Source: Trueperaceae bacterium
GTDB lineage: Bacteria; Deinococcota; Deinococci; Deinococcales; Trueperaceae
DNA length: 64,000 nt
Reading direction: 5' to 3'
Assembly (NCBI GenBank): GCA_965213925.1
Contig: OZ243927.1
Location: 1,952,001-2,016,000, forward strand
This document shows positions 30,213-39,003 of this stretch, one piece after another. The notes beneath the pieces were generated by a model that was given only the letters and a program-made list of their open reading frames with translations, searched no databases and was not told the origin of the DNA. A program made the translations under genes and the position numbers. Numbering within the stretch: position 1 is the first letter of the stretch; each line of letters starts with the position of its first letter.

Positions 30213-30680
30213 TTAGTTACCCGTCGCGTTGATGGGCGAGGCGGGCGCGTCGTAGGCGTCGCCGATGGCGTTGGCGAAGTCGGGATTGGTGAAGATGCTG
30301 TCGATGACGCTAGTATCGACGTTGGGCTCATTTGCGGCTACGGTGACGCCCAAGTCGGCTAAGAAGGCCGACGCTTGCTGCGCGCTCAGCGCGGGCGCTT
30401 GACCGTTGAGGACGTCCGCCAAAAAGATGTTCAAGGTGTCGCTCGAGAGTTCGCCCGAGGTGAGCGCCGCTCGCATACTCGCGCTCGTGCTGCTCTCGAT
30501 AACGCCTTGTCCTTCGAGCGCCTGCAGGTGCCCGAGCAGGTCGCCTTCGGGCAGCTCGACGCCTAGCGCGCTGCTCGCCCGGACGAGAACTTGCGCCGCG
30601 GACGAGTCCACGTCGACGTTGCTTTGCGCCGCGCTGAGCGCGAGGAGCGAGAGGGTGAGGCTGATAAGAATAGTTTTCAT
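30213..30680 (-). CDS. Secreted acidic hypothetical protein
   Basis: GGAGG RBS; signal peptide MKTILISLTLSLLALSAA; C-terminus DAPASPINATGN. Confidence 0.8.
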   Translation of the reverse strand: MKTILISLTLSLLALSAAQSNVDVDSSAAQVLVRASSALGVELPEGDLLGHLQALEGQGVIESSTSASMRAALTSGELSSDTLNIFLADVLNGQAPALSAQQASAFLADLGVTVAANEPNVDTSVIDSIFTNPDFANAIGDAYDAPASPINATGN

Positions 30681-30771
30681 GGTCGTACTTCCTCCAAAGG
30701 GTGGGGTAGGTTCTACGTGTTTACGATAGGTTGAGTTGAAAGGTCGTGGTGTGGAAAATTACACGTTACGT

Positions 30772-31590
30772 TCATAAGTGCGGCAAGATGACGAAGAGCA
30801 TGATGTTGGCGACGCCGTGCGCCAAGGTCACGCCGAAGATGGAGCGGGTTTTGTAGACGAGCCAACCGAAGTACACGCCGACGAGCGTTACGTAGGCGAC
30901 GTCTAACCAGGAGTTCCAGCCGAAGTGGAACGCGCCGAAGATGAGCGCCGAGAAGAGAATGCCCCGCGCCGCGCCGACGTAGCGCACCACCGCCGTGAGG
31001 AAGAGCCCCCGAAAGAGCAGCTCCTCGCTGAGACCCGTGAAGAGCATCAGGCTGAGCATCGGCCAGAGTATCTGCGAGAAGTCCAGGCTGGGCGAGAGCG
31101 CGGCGGGCTGGATGATGAGGCGCTCCAAGAAGCCGATCAAAAAGCCGCTCGAGGCGATGAGGAGCTGCACCCACAGGTTGCGCCCCAAGTTGAGCCGCAA
31201 CTCCTTGCGCCCGTACCCCAAGGTCCGCGCGGCGATGACCGTCGTTACGATGAGCGGCAGGTTGATGAGTAAAAACCAGTTCGTCGACGAGACGAGCCAC
31301 ACGGGGATGCTGAGCGACAGGATGCGGATGAGCGGCAGCACGCTCAGGGCGAGGTAGAAGTTGCCCAGCTTGCTGTCGGTGAGCACGTAGCGCGCGAAGA
31401 GGTAGAGCAGCGTCGCGGCGTGGAGGCTGAGCCCCAGCGTGAGGTGGACCCCCGCCGAGAGGAACTCGGCCGTCACCATCACCACGAGGTAGCCCCACAG
31501 GAGGCTGGCGTCGGGTCGGTGAGTGGACCCCTCCTTGGCCCACTCGGTCGCGGCGTTAGCAGGCTTAGTGGTGTGCGAAAAGTCGGTCAT
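30772..31590 (-). CDS. CPBP (CAAX/Abi) family intramembrane glutamic endopeptidase
   Basis: SEELLFRG (EExxxR), FGAFH and HGVAN motifs; extra N-terminal TM region including LPLIRILSLSIP. Confidence 0.92.
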   Translation of the reverse strand: MTDFSHTTKPANAATEWAKEGSTHRPDASLLWGYLVVMVTAEFLSAGVHLTLGLSLHAATLLYLFARYVLTDSKLGNFYLALSVLPLIRILSLSIPVWLVSSTNWFLLINLPLIVTTVIAARTLGYGRKELRLNLGRNLWVQLLIASSGFLIGFLERLIIQPAALSPSLDFSQILWPMLSLMLFTGLSEELLFRGLFLTAVVRYVGAARGILFSALIFGAFHFGWNSWLDVAYVTLVGVYFGWLVYKTRSIFGVTLAHGVANIMLFVILPHL

Positions 31591-31594
31591 GGGC

Positions 31595-32449
31595 TTACGG
31601 TCTACTTTCTGAGGGCGCTAAGAAGGGAAGCTCGTGCACCGTCGGCGGCTCGTCCAGGGCGACGGTGAGGTGCAGCGAGCGGTAGGGTTGGCGGGCGTCC
31701 CCGCGCAGGAGGTCGAACTGGAGTTTCGTGCTATCCGCGCCTTCGGGGACCCTGACCGCCAGAGTCTGCTCCCACTGCTCGCCCGCCTCCAGCGGGGGCA
31801 AACTCACGGTCTTGTCGGGAGTGCGCAGGCGGTAGATGACGGTTTCGCCTTCGTGGTTGCGGACGCCTAAGGTGAGCGCGACCGTGTCGCCCTGCGTCAG
31901 CCTGGTAGGGAGACCGTCTAGCTTGCCTCCCGGTCCCAACATGTAGAACTCGGTGAAGGTCTCCGCGGGGCGCAGGTGCTGCGCGGCGATGACGACGCCC
32001 ATCAGCGCGAAGCCCGCCGCGAACGCGCCCCACAGCGCGGCCCTGGTTTGGGGGTGGCGCGCCGAGAGCCGGAAGCGCTCCTCCGGCGAGACCCTACGGC
32101 GGCGCAAGAGGGTCAGACCCGCCATGAGCCCGACGAAGAGCGACAGGGTGAGGGTGACGCTCGCGAGGCGTATGCCCCAAGGCGTGTAGTTGAGCAGCAG
32201 CCCTAACAGGGGGACGACGGCGACCGACAGCCCTAGGCAGAGCGCGAGCCGCTCGGCGGCGGCGAGGTCGTCTTTTTTAGGAAATAGAGCGGCGGTGAGC
32301 GCGTACCCTGGCGCGACCAAAACGAAGGCGAGCCCGAGGACGACGCGAACGGGCGAGTGCCACGTCGGGACGAGCAGCGTAACCCCTAGAACGAGCAGGG
32401 TGAGCACGGTGAGGCCGACCAGATCGGTGTGGGGTTGGGCGCGTTTCAT
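31595..32449 (-). CDS. DUF1616 domain membrane protein
   Basis: PGYALTAALFP, ERLALCLGLSVAVVPLLGLLLNYTPWGI, FTEFYMLG, GVRNHEG and PYRSLHL. Confidence 0.85.
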   Translation of the reverse strand: MKRAQPHTDLVGLTVLTLLVLGVTLLVPTWHSPVRVVLGLAFVLVAPGYALTAALFPKKDDLAAAERLALCLGLSVAVVPLLGLLLNYTPWGIRLASVTLTLSLFVGLMAGLTLLRRRRVSPEERFRLSARHPQTRAALWGAFAAGFALMGVVIAAQHLRPAETFTEFYMLGPGGKLDGLPTRLTQGDTVALTLGVRNHEGETVIYRLRTPDKTVSLPPLEAGEQWEQTLAVRVPEGADSTKLQFDLLRGDARQPYRSLHLTVALDEPPTVHELPFLAPSESRP

Positions 32450-32514
32450 CTCGAGAGTTAGCCTACCTCTAGGCGCGCCGACGCGACTTTGAAATTTTTC
32501 ACACTGGGCTGCTG

Positions 32515-32677
32515 ATAGCAGGTATACCCACTGACGCCGGGCTTACGTAGTTTTGACTTCCGTCAAACAGGTCATCTGGTCAGAAACACGCTCACTTGAA
32601 AAAGCATTGACCAGCACGTACATTCGGGAATGATACTTGCGTTATTCCAGTTCAGTACTTCTGTAAATTGCTGTATA
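32515..32677 (+). repeat. Dispersed MITE-like repeat, copy A (long form)
   Basis: atagcaggtat...ctggtcagaaacacgctcacttgaaaaagcattgaccagcacgtacattc...atgatacttgc...aattgctgtata; matches copies at 42951, 43918 and 49642. Confidence 0.8.
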
Positions 32678-32707
32678 ACGTCGGCGGGGCGTCTAGCCCT
32701 TATATAC

Positions 32708-32743
32708 AAGAAGCCCGGCCGCTTCTAATCAGCCGAGCTTCTT
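32708..32743 (-). terminator. Intrinsic terminator downstream of the small Thr/Ala-rich gene
   Basis: aagaagcccggc-N12-gccgagcttctt inverted repeat 16 nt after the stop at 32760. Confidence 0.65.
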
Positions 32744-32759
32744 ATCCAGGGTCGGTCCT

Positions 32760-33011
32760 CTAGGCGAGGACCGACACGACTTTGGCAACGGTCGTTGCGG
32801 CGAATGAGAAAAGCAGCGGCACCGTGCCTACGTTGAGGGCGCGGCTGAGGCGCTGCGCGCGCGGGCTGTCCGAAGCGCTCGCGACTTCTTTGGCGACAAG
32901 TAGCGTGACAAGTAGGACCACCGCTATCACGCCCAACGTCACGGTGACGGGGTCGGCCGTGGTCGTCGCGGTCGCCGTTGCTGCTGCGGTCGCTGTTGTG
33001 GTTGTAACCAT
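32760..33011 (-). CDS. Small two-TM protein with Thr/Ala-rich N-terminal tail (83 aa)
   Basis: Strong RBS AGAGGAG; MVTTTTATAAATATATTTA tail, TM1, KE...RAQRLSR loop, TM2; has its own terminator. Confidence 0.8.
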   Translation of the reverse strand: MVTTTTATAAATATATTTADPVTVTLGVIAVVLLVTLLVAKEVASASDSPRAQRLSRALNVGTVPLLFSFAATTVAKVVSVLA

Positions 33012-33186
33012 CTGTACTCCTCTCTATGGTAACGCGACTCTGTTGGGATGCTAGGAGCGTACCTAAGCAAGAGTGAGCCGTCGTAGAAATCATAAGTCGG
33101 GTGCGGTATGTGGCGAAGTGAAAAACGTCATAGCCTGTAAAGAGACGAACGCTGTAGAAGGGAGCGCGCAGCTCGCCGACATCACG

Positions 33187-34677
33187 TCAGCGGCACGTCT
33201 CCGGCTGAACGAGGCTCACCTTAGCCGCGTCCGGTCCGCTAGCGCGATTGTTCCTCGTCTCGGCGTCCGGCGTCGTGAGGATGACGCCGAGGTAATAGTT
33301 GCCTTCTGAGCAAGCGGGTAGCTCGAGCGCGGGAACCTCCACACGCACAGAACTTATAGGGTTGAACGTCCACTCGAAGGTGTGGGAGGAGAGCGCGAGG
33401 TCGGCCGTGCTGATCGTGTCGTTCGCCGAAAGGTAAACCGTGCCTATGACCGGACCGCTCACCGAAGACGCGCCGTAGTTGTGAACGAGATAGGAGAGGC
33501 TGCGAGTGCCAGCTTGCGCACCCTCAGCGACGCGCACATCGAGCGCGTGCAGGTCGGCGGCGTCCGGGGTGGCGCGGGTGATGGTCTCGTCTGTCCAGGT
33601 GACCATGGACCGGGTGAGGCGCGCGTCCCACGTCCGACCGAACTTGCCGTTAGAGAGAACCGCCCAAACGACGCCCGACTCGGTCGCGCCGGCCCCGCTT
33701 TCGCCTCCGTAAGAAGACCGCTCGGACCACACCTCGTTGCCGTACCACGTGCCGTCGGGGTTACTCTCGCAGCCGCCGAACGTGCTCACGTCCTCGACCA
33801 TGTTCTCGCCGTTAAAGGGCGACGCGGGCGCGGCGGGGTAGCTGAGGTAGCCGAACGCACCCTCCGTAAAGAAGGCGCAGCGGTCGCTCGCGCCGTACCC
33901 GCGCCAACCCGTGAGAGCCCCGATGGGCCGCTCGAGCCTGATCCAGCCCACGTCCCAGTCGAAGTCGCGCGCTTCGCGCCAGCCTCCCCAAACGTAGAGC
34001 TGCGCCGCCACCGCGCCGCCCCAGGGTGCTGTCCCTTCCCCGTAGCCCGGCACGACGGTGGTTTCCACGTTATAACCGCTGTCATGGTCGTACAGACAGT
34101 GCCCTGCGGTGAGCACCCACCGCGGGTCGATCAGCGTGCCCGAGCAGGCCCAGTAGGTGATGTCGCCGCCGCGCTCCTGGCGCGTCAAGAAGACCTTGAC
34201 GTGCTTCGCGTTGGGGGATTGGGTCGGGTCGGCGACTAAAGAGGGTGAGGACTGGGCGCGAGCGAGTTCGCTCAGGGCTGAGCGAAGGTCGTCGCTATCT
34301 CCAGATGACGTCTCGGCATGGTACGCGACTTCGCCCGGTGCAGTCTCGACACGCTCGGTTCTCGTCTGGACGTCGAAGCGCACAACGTCGCCACGTCGCG
34401 AGGGAGGTGAAGCCGCCCCGGTTCGCCGCGGCAGGGGGAGCGGCAGGTACGTCTCGTACGCTTCGCTCTCTAGCCCTTTGGTCTGCAGGTCATTTCGGTC
34501 CGCCGCCGCCTCGTCTTCACCGAACACCGGAACCGAAACGGCGTCTAAGGTCTCCGCTGTCACTCCGTGCCGCGCGCCGCTACGTTCCTCATAGAACACG
34601 TTGTCTAAAGGGATGCTGCTGCTTTGGTTGCAGGCAGTTACGGTAAGTAGTAGTAGTAATGCAACGATGAGCGGCAC
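33187..34677 (-). CDS. Trypsin-like (S1) serine protease lipoprotein with C-terminal CARDB/Ig-like domain
   Basis: LTVTAC lipobox; CSGTLI...LTAGHC (His), WDVGWI (Asp), GGESGAG (Ser); C-terminal YLSANDTISTAD...GNYYLG...ETRNN. Confidence 0.85.
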   Translation of the reverse strand: MPLIVALLLLLTVTACNQSSSIPLDNVFYEERSGARHGVTAETLDAVSVPVFGEDEAAADRNDLQTKGLESEAYETYLPLPLPRRTGAASPPSRRGDVVRFDVQTRTERVETAPGEVAYHAETSSGDSDDLRSALSELARAQSSPSLVADPTQSPNAKHVKVFLTRQERGGDITYWACSGTLIDPRWVLTAGHCLYDHDSGYNVETTVVPGYGEGTAPWGGAVAAQLYVWGGWREARDFDWDVGWIRLERPIGALTGWRGYGASDRCAFFTEGAFGYLSYPAAPASPFNGENMVEDVSTFGGCESNPDGTWYGNEVWSERSSYGGESGAGATESGVVWAVLSNGKFGRTWDARLTRSMVTWTDETITRATPDAADLHALDVRVAEGAQAGTRSLSYLVHNYGASSVSGPVIGTVYLSANDTISTADLALSSHTFEWTFNPISSVRVEVPALELPACSEGNYYLGVILTTPDAETRNNRASGPDAAKVSLVQPETCR

Positions 34678-34868
34678 GCGGTCTCCTAGTTCTGAATACG
34701 GTGTGCAGACACGCTTTGTCTGGCTTATTCAGAGCTTAAAAAGGAGGGCGTTACGCGGGCGTTCCCGAAGCGGCGAGTCGTGCGGTGAATGGCGGCTCGA
34801 GCCAGCAGCCATCCACCGACCGTTCGCTCAGCGAACAGTCGTACATCTGGGTAAAGAAGGGTCTGAGT

Positions 34869-34905
34869 TTTAGAAAGTCCAGGGTTTAGAAAGTCCAGGG
34901 TTTAG
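34869..34905. repeat. 16-bp tandem duplication
   Basis: tttagaaagtccaggg twice, followed by tttag. Confidence 0.9.
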
Positions 34906-34950
34906 GACATACTAGTGCGCTGTCCGCTCACCGCATTCAGTGAGCGTTCG

Positions 34951-36381
34951 TCACACCCCATTTGGTGGGTGAAAGAGCCGCCTATAAAGCTCCTGGAACT
35001 GCTTATAGGCTTGCGCCAGCTCGGAGTTTTCATTCGGACGGACGAGCGAACCTTGTGCAAGGGCGAGCGGTACGTCTTCCCCCTGTGACACCGCCGCTAA
35101 GCGCGCCGCGCCGCGCGCGGAGGCGTCGGGGAGGGTAACGGGCTCGAGGTCGACGTTGAGCACATCCGCCAAGAGCTGCTGCCACCTCTCGTCTTTGGTC
35201 CCGCCACCCGCCAAGCGCAACTTGTCTACCGTCTCCTCGGTTGCTTGGAGCGCCGCGAAGCCGTCCGCGATAGAGAACGCCACGCCTTCTAAAGCGGCGC
35301 GGGCGAAGTGCGCTTCTGTGTGACGCCGCGACGCTAGGAGCCAGCCGCCGCGCGCGTCCGGGTTGAGGTGCGGCGTCCGCTCTCCCGTGAGGTATGGCAA
35401 GAAGGTGAGGCCGTCAGCGCCGGGGGCGACACCCTCGAAGCCCTCATACATCTCGTCCCACGTCAAATCCAGAAGTTCACGCGCCCATTCGAGTGCCAAG
35501 CCCGCGTTTTGCAGCGCCGCTAGTTTATAAAACTGACCGCCGGAAGTCGCCCGGAAGAGGTGCAACCCCCTTTCTGGCGCGCCGTCTGGCGTCTCGGTCA
35601 GGAGGACAATCTGCGCGCCGCTACCCACCGTGAGCTGCGCCTCGCCGACGGCGAGCCCGCTGCCGTAAATCGCTGCCGCCGTATCTCCTGCGCCCGTCGT
35701 GACGGGGAGGTCCGCCCTCAGCCCTAACGCCTCCGCCGCTTCGGGCTGGAGCGACCCCGCCACCTCAGCCGACGCTCTGAGCGGGGCGAGCAAGTTCGGG
35801 CGAAGCCCCAAGCGTTCCGTGGTCTGCCCCGCCCAGCGGTCCTCCGCTACATCGTAGAGCAGCGTGCCCGAGGCGTCCGAGGGGTCGCTGTACGCTTCGC
35901 CCGTCAGCCGCAGCCGGAGCCAGTCCTTGGGTTGCAGCGCCCAGCGCGCCCCCTTATAGACCTCCGGCTCGTGCTCGCGTAGCCAGAGCAGCGTCGGCCC
36001 CGCCATGCCTACTACGAGCGGATTGGCGAGGGCGTTGCGCTGTTCTTCGGGGAGGTCGCGGTAGACCGCTAACTGTTCGGCGCTGCGGCCGTCCGACCAG
36101 AGGACCGCGGGGCGCAGCGGGCTGCCGTTATCATCGCAGAGGACGACGCCGTGCATCTGCCCCGAGAAGCCGATCCCGCGGACCTCTTTGCCGCGCTCGC
36201 CTACAGCGTCACGGACGGCCGTCACGGCGGCGTCCCACCACGCTTCGGGGTCGCTCTCCGACCAGCCCGGTCGGGGGGCGTCGACCTCGTAAGTCGCGCG
36301 ACCCTCGCCGACTACGTCGCCGTCCTCGCCGAAGAGCTGCGCCTTGAGTGAAAGCGTTCCCAAGTCGATTCCGAGCCACAT
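34951..36381 (-). CDS. xylB: Xylulokinase (FGGY family)
   Basis: LGIDLGT, SGQMHG, PKDWLR, DASGTL, GAGD and PYLTGERTP motifs. Confidence 0.88.
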   Translation of the reverse strand: MWLGIDLGTLSLKAQLFGEDGDVVGEGRATYEVDAPRPGWSESDPEAWWDAAVTAVRDAVGERGKEVRGIGFSGQMHGVVLCDDNGSPLRPAVLWSDGRSAEQLAVYRDLPEEQRNALANPLVVGMAGPTLLWLREHEPEVYKGARWALQPKDWLRLRLTGEAYSDPSDASGTLLYDVAEDRWAGQTTERLGLRPNLLAPLRASAEVAGSLQPEAAEALGLRADLPVTTGAGDTAAAIYGSGLAVGEAQLTVGSGAQIVLLTETPDGAPERGLHLFRATSGGQFYKLAALQNAGLALEWARELLDLTWDEMYEGFEGVAPGADGLTFLPYLTGERTPHLNPDARGGWLLASRRHTEAHFARAALEGVAFSIADGFAALQATEETVDKLRLAGGGTKDERWQQLLADVLNVDLEPVTLPDASARGAARLAAVSQGEDVPLALAQGSLVRPNENSELAQAYKQFQELYRRLFHPPNGV

Positions 36382-36457
36382 AATCTAGGTCACCATAGCT
36401 CAAATCGTCCCGCTTAGAGGTCCGCTTACGAGCCGCATTTCCGCCTCAGCACTCACC

Positions 36458-37870
36458 CTACGCCGCCTCCCCCGCGCGCTTTATGCCGAGCTTGCGGCGC
36501 ATCGCCTCCAAGGGTATCCCTTTCGTCTCCGGCATGACGAACAGCACCCAGAGGAGCTGCAGCACCATGAAGCAGAAGAAGATGGCGAACGTCCCCGCCG
36601 TCGACCAGCCGACCAGAGCCGGGAAAAAGAGCGAGACGACGAAGTTCATCGCCCAGTGCGTGAACACCCCCAGCGACTGACCGCGCGCGCGCACCTCGTT
36701 CGGGAAAATCTCGCTGATAAAGACCCAGATGACTGCGCCTTGACCGAAGGCGTGCGCGGCGACGAACAGCATGAGGCTCACGAGCACGAGCGTATCGGCG
36801 TTGCCGATGGCGGCGGCGGCTTGCGCCGAGCCTCCCTGCGCCTGCTGAAAAAGCTCCCCGAACCGAAAGAACGCATACGTGACCGTTCCTAAACTCAGCA
36901 GATAACCCACCGAGCAGACCAGCATCAACTTGCGCCGCCCAAAGGAGTCGATGATCGCCAGCGCCGCCGCCGTCGCGACGAAGTTCGCCCCGCCGATGAG
37001 CACGGTGTTGAGAAGCGCTGCATTTTCGCCCGCGCCCGCCAGCGTAAAGATGCGCGGCGCGTAGTAGAGCACCGCGTTGATGCCCGAGAGCTGGTTAAAG
37101 AGCCCGATGGCGATGGCTAAGAGAATCGGCGTCCGGTACTTAGCCTGGAACAGGGGGACGCGCCCGCCGCCCGTCTCTTCGTTCAGCTCACGCTGAATCT
37201 TGTCGATCTCCTCGTCGGGGGTGCCCTCATCGGTGCCGGTGCGCTCCATAATCGCGCGCGCTTCGTCCTCGCGGTCATTGGCGATGAGCCAGCGCGGGCT
37301 GTCGGGCACGGTGAAGAGAAAGCCTAGAAAGAGAACCGCGGGCACCGCCTCGACGCCGAACATCCAGCGCCAATCGGAGGGACCCAGCCCCAGCGAGCCG
37401 ATGATGTAGTTTGAAAGCTGCGCGATCAAGATGCCGACGACGATATTGAACTGAAAGGTCGCGGTCATGCGCCCGCGGTACTGGGCTGGGGAGAGTTCGG
37501 AGACGTACATGGGCGCGATAACGGCAGCGCCGCCGACGCCGATACCCCCGATGAAGCGGAACACGATAAAGACCCACCAGTTCCAAGCTAAGGCGCTGCC
37601 GAGCGCGCTCACGAGAAAGAGAAGCGCTAAAACGTAGAGCATCGCGCGCCGCCCGAAGCGGTCCGCCGGGTCGCCCGCGGTGAGCGCGCCGAGGATGGTG
37701 CCTACGAGCGCACTCGAGACCGTAAACCCGAGCCAGAAGTTGGACAGCTCGAAGACGCGCTGCAAGTCGTCGTTGGTGCCGGAAATCACCGCGGTGTCGA
37801 AGCCGAAGAGCAGACCGCCCAGCCCGGCGACGAGCGCGCAGGTGAGTACGTAGCGCTGCTGCGCGCTCAT
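36458..37870 (-). CDS. Sugar porter family MFS transporter (XylE/GalP-like)
   Basis: GGLLFGFDTAVISG, DRFGRR, PDSPRWL, QLSGINAVLYYAP and PETKG. Confidence 0.93.
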   Translation of the reverse strand: MSAQQRYVLTCALVAGLGGLLFGFDTAVISGTNDDLQRVFELSNFWLGFTVSSALVGTILGALTAGDPADRFGRRAMLYVLALLFLVSALGSALAWNWWVFIVFRFIGGIGVGGAAVIAPMYVSELSPAQYRGRMTATFQFNIVVGILIAQLSNYIIGSLGLGPSDWRWMFGVEAVPAVLFLGFLFTVPDSPRWLIANDREDEARAIMERTGTDEGTPDEEIDKIQRELNEETGGGRVPLFQAKYRTPILLAIAIGLFNQLSGINAVLYYAPRIFTLAGAGENAALLNTVLIGGANFVATAAALAIIDSFGRRKLMLVCSVGYLLSLGTVTYAFFRFGELFQQAQGGSAQAAAAIGNADTLVLVSLMLFVAAHAFGQGAVIWVFISEIFPNEVRARGQSLGVFTHWAMNFVVSLFFPALVGWSTAGTFAIFFCFMVLQLLWVLFVMPETKGIPLEAMRRKLGIKRAGEAA

Positions 37871-38099
37871 GAGGCGGCACCCTGTGATCGAGCGGGTAAC
37901 AGTAGCGAAATAACGACCGTTCGTGTCATGACCTCCCCCATCCTTTCGGTCAACCCTATGCTTACCTTCACGAGCGTAGATTTCGGTTTTCAGGCATGTT
38001 CTGAGGCACTATAAGCTGTACTTGGCGATAGATGCAACTGCTTTGTACTCGAGGTCGTACAAGATGTCGGTCAAATGGAGCAATGCGCCGAGTAGAGCG

Positions 38100-38882
38100 T
38101 TAGCTAAGCTGTCCGACGATCTTTTTCAGCGACCGGAAACCCTGCACGAGCCCCGGTCCTGGTCTGCCTAAGTCCGCTTCGGGAACGCAGTAAATCTGTC
38201 CGCGCTTAACCGCCTCGACGCCCTGCCAAGCGGGGTTACGGCGGACGACGTCGGGGCGCACCTTTTCCGGCGCGACGCCGCACCAGCTTAGAATGATGGC
38301 GTCCGGGTTGATCCAGGCGACCTCTTCGTCGGTGAGGGGTCGGCTTTTGACCGCTTCGTTGCCTAGCGGGTTCTGCCCGCCTGCTCTCCCGATAAGGTCG
38401 TCCACCCAACTGAGCTGCCCCGGCGCGATGACGGGTTTGGGCCACCACTGGACGAGGAGTTTGGGGGCGGAAGGGACCAGGCTCGAGACCCCATCCAAAC
38501 GTTCGCGCATTTCCTCCGCCAACCGCTCTCCCCGTTCCGGCACGCCTAAATGTTGGGCTATCTCGAGCACATCCCCGAACACGTCCTCTAAACTCACAGG
38601 CTCCGGCGCGTAGTAGGGGAGACCTGCGCGCTGCAAACCCGCGATGACCTCTTCATGCCCCGGCACCGTGAGTGAGGCGAGCACGAGGTCGGGCTCGAGC
38701 GCCGCCACCGCCGCGATGTCGATGTGTAGGTCGGGTCCGAGCTTTGGTAAGCGCGAGACGACCTCGCGCGGTCTATCCGAGTGAGCATCCACCCCGACGA
38801 GCCGGTCCGCGCACCCTAACGCGCAGACAATTTCGGTGTTCGAGCAAGCGAGTGAGACGACGCGCACGGTTGACCTCTTCAA
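38100..38882 (-). CDS. Cobalamin/Fe-siderophore-binding protein (BtuF-like)
   Basis: RVVSLACSNTEIVCALG, LVGVD, LEPDLVL and RPGPGL; no clear signal peptide; adjacent to adenosyltransferase. Confidence 0.8.
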   Translation of the reverse strand: MKRSTVRVVSLACSNTEIVCALGCADRLVGVDAHSDRPREVVSRLPKLGPDLHIDIAAVAALEPDLVLASLTVPGHEEVIAGLQRAGLPYYAPEPVSLEDVFGDVLEIAQHLGVPERGERLAEEMRERLDGVSSLVPSAPKLLVQWWPKPVIAPGQLSWVDDLIGRAGGQNPLGNEAVKSRPLTDEEVAWINPDAIILSWCGVAPEKVRPDVVRRNPAWQGVEAVKRGQIYCVPEADLGRPGPGLVQGFRSLKKIVGQLS

Positions 38883-39003
38883 TCTTCTATCCTCAATTTT
38901 TGGCGGCGTACCACGTTGCGCCTATCGAACTGCGCGAAGCTCGTGAGAGAGGTGATACAGTGTCCGCGCACGAATAAAAAAGGGCACCTTTAATCTCTTA
39001 TCT

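Noticed and set aside
33187..34677. Serine protease as part of the peptide-processing system
   Set aside because: Separated by about 175 nt from the peptide gene and typical of stand-alone lipoprotein proteases; no evidence of linkage without synteny data
34861..34910. CRISPR-like repeat
   Set aside because: Two adjacent 16-bp units with no spacers and no cas genes
38883..39003. Cobalamin riboswitch upstream of the BtuF-like gene
   Set aside because: Spacer is only about 120 nt and shows no B12-box or other conserved core
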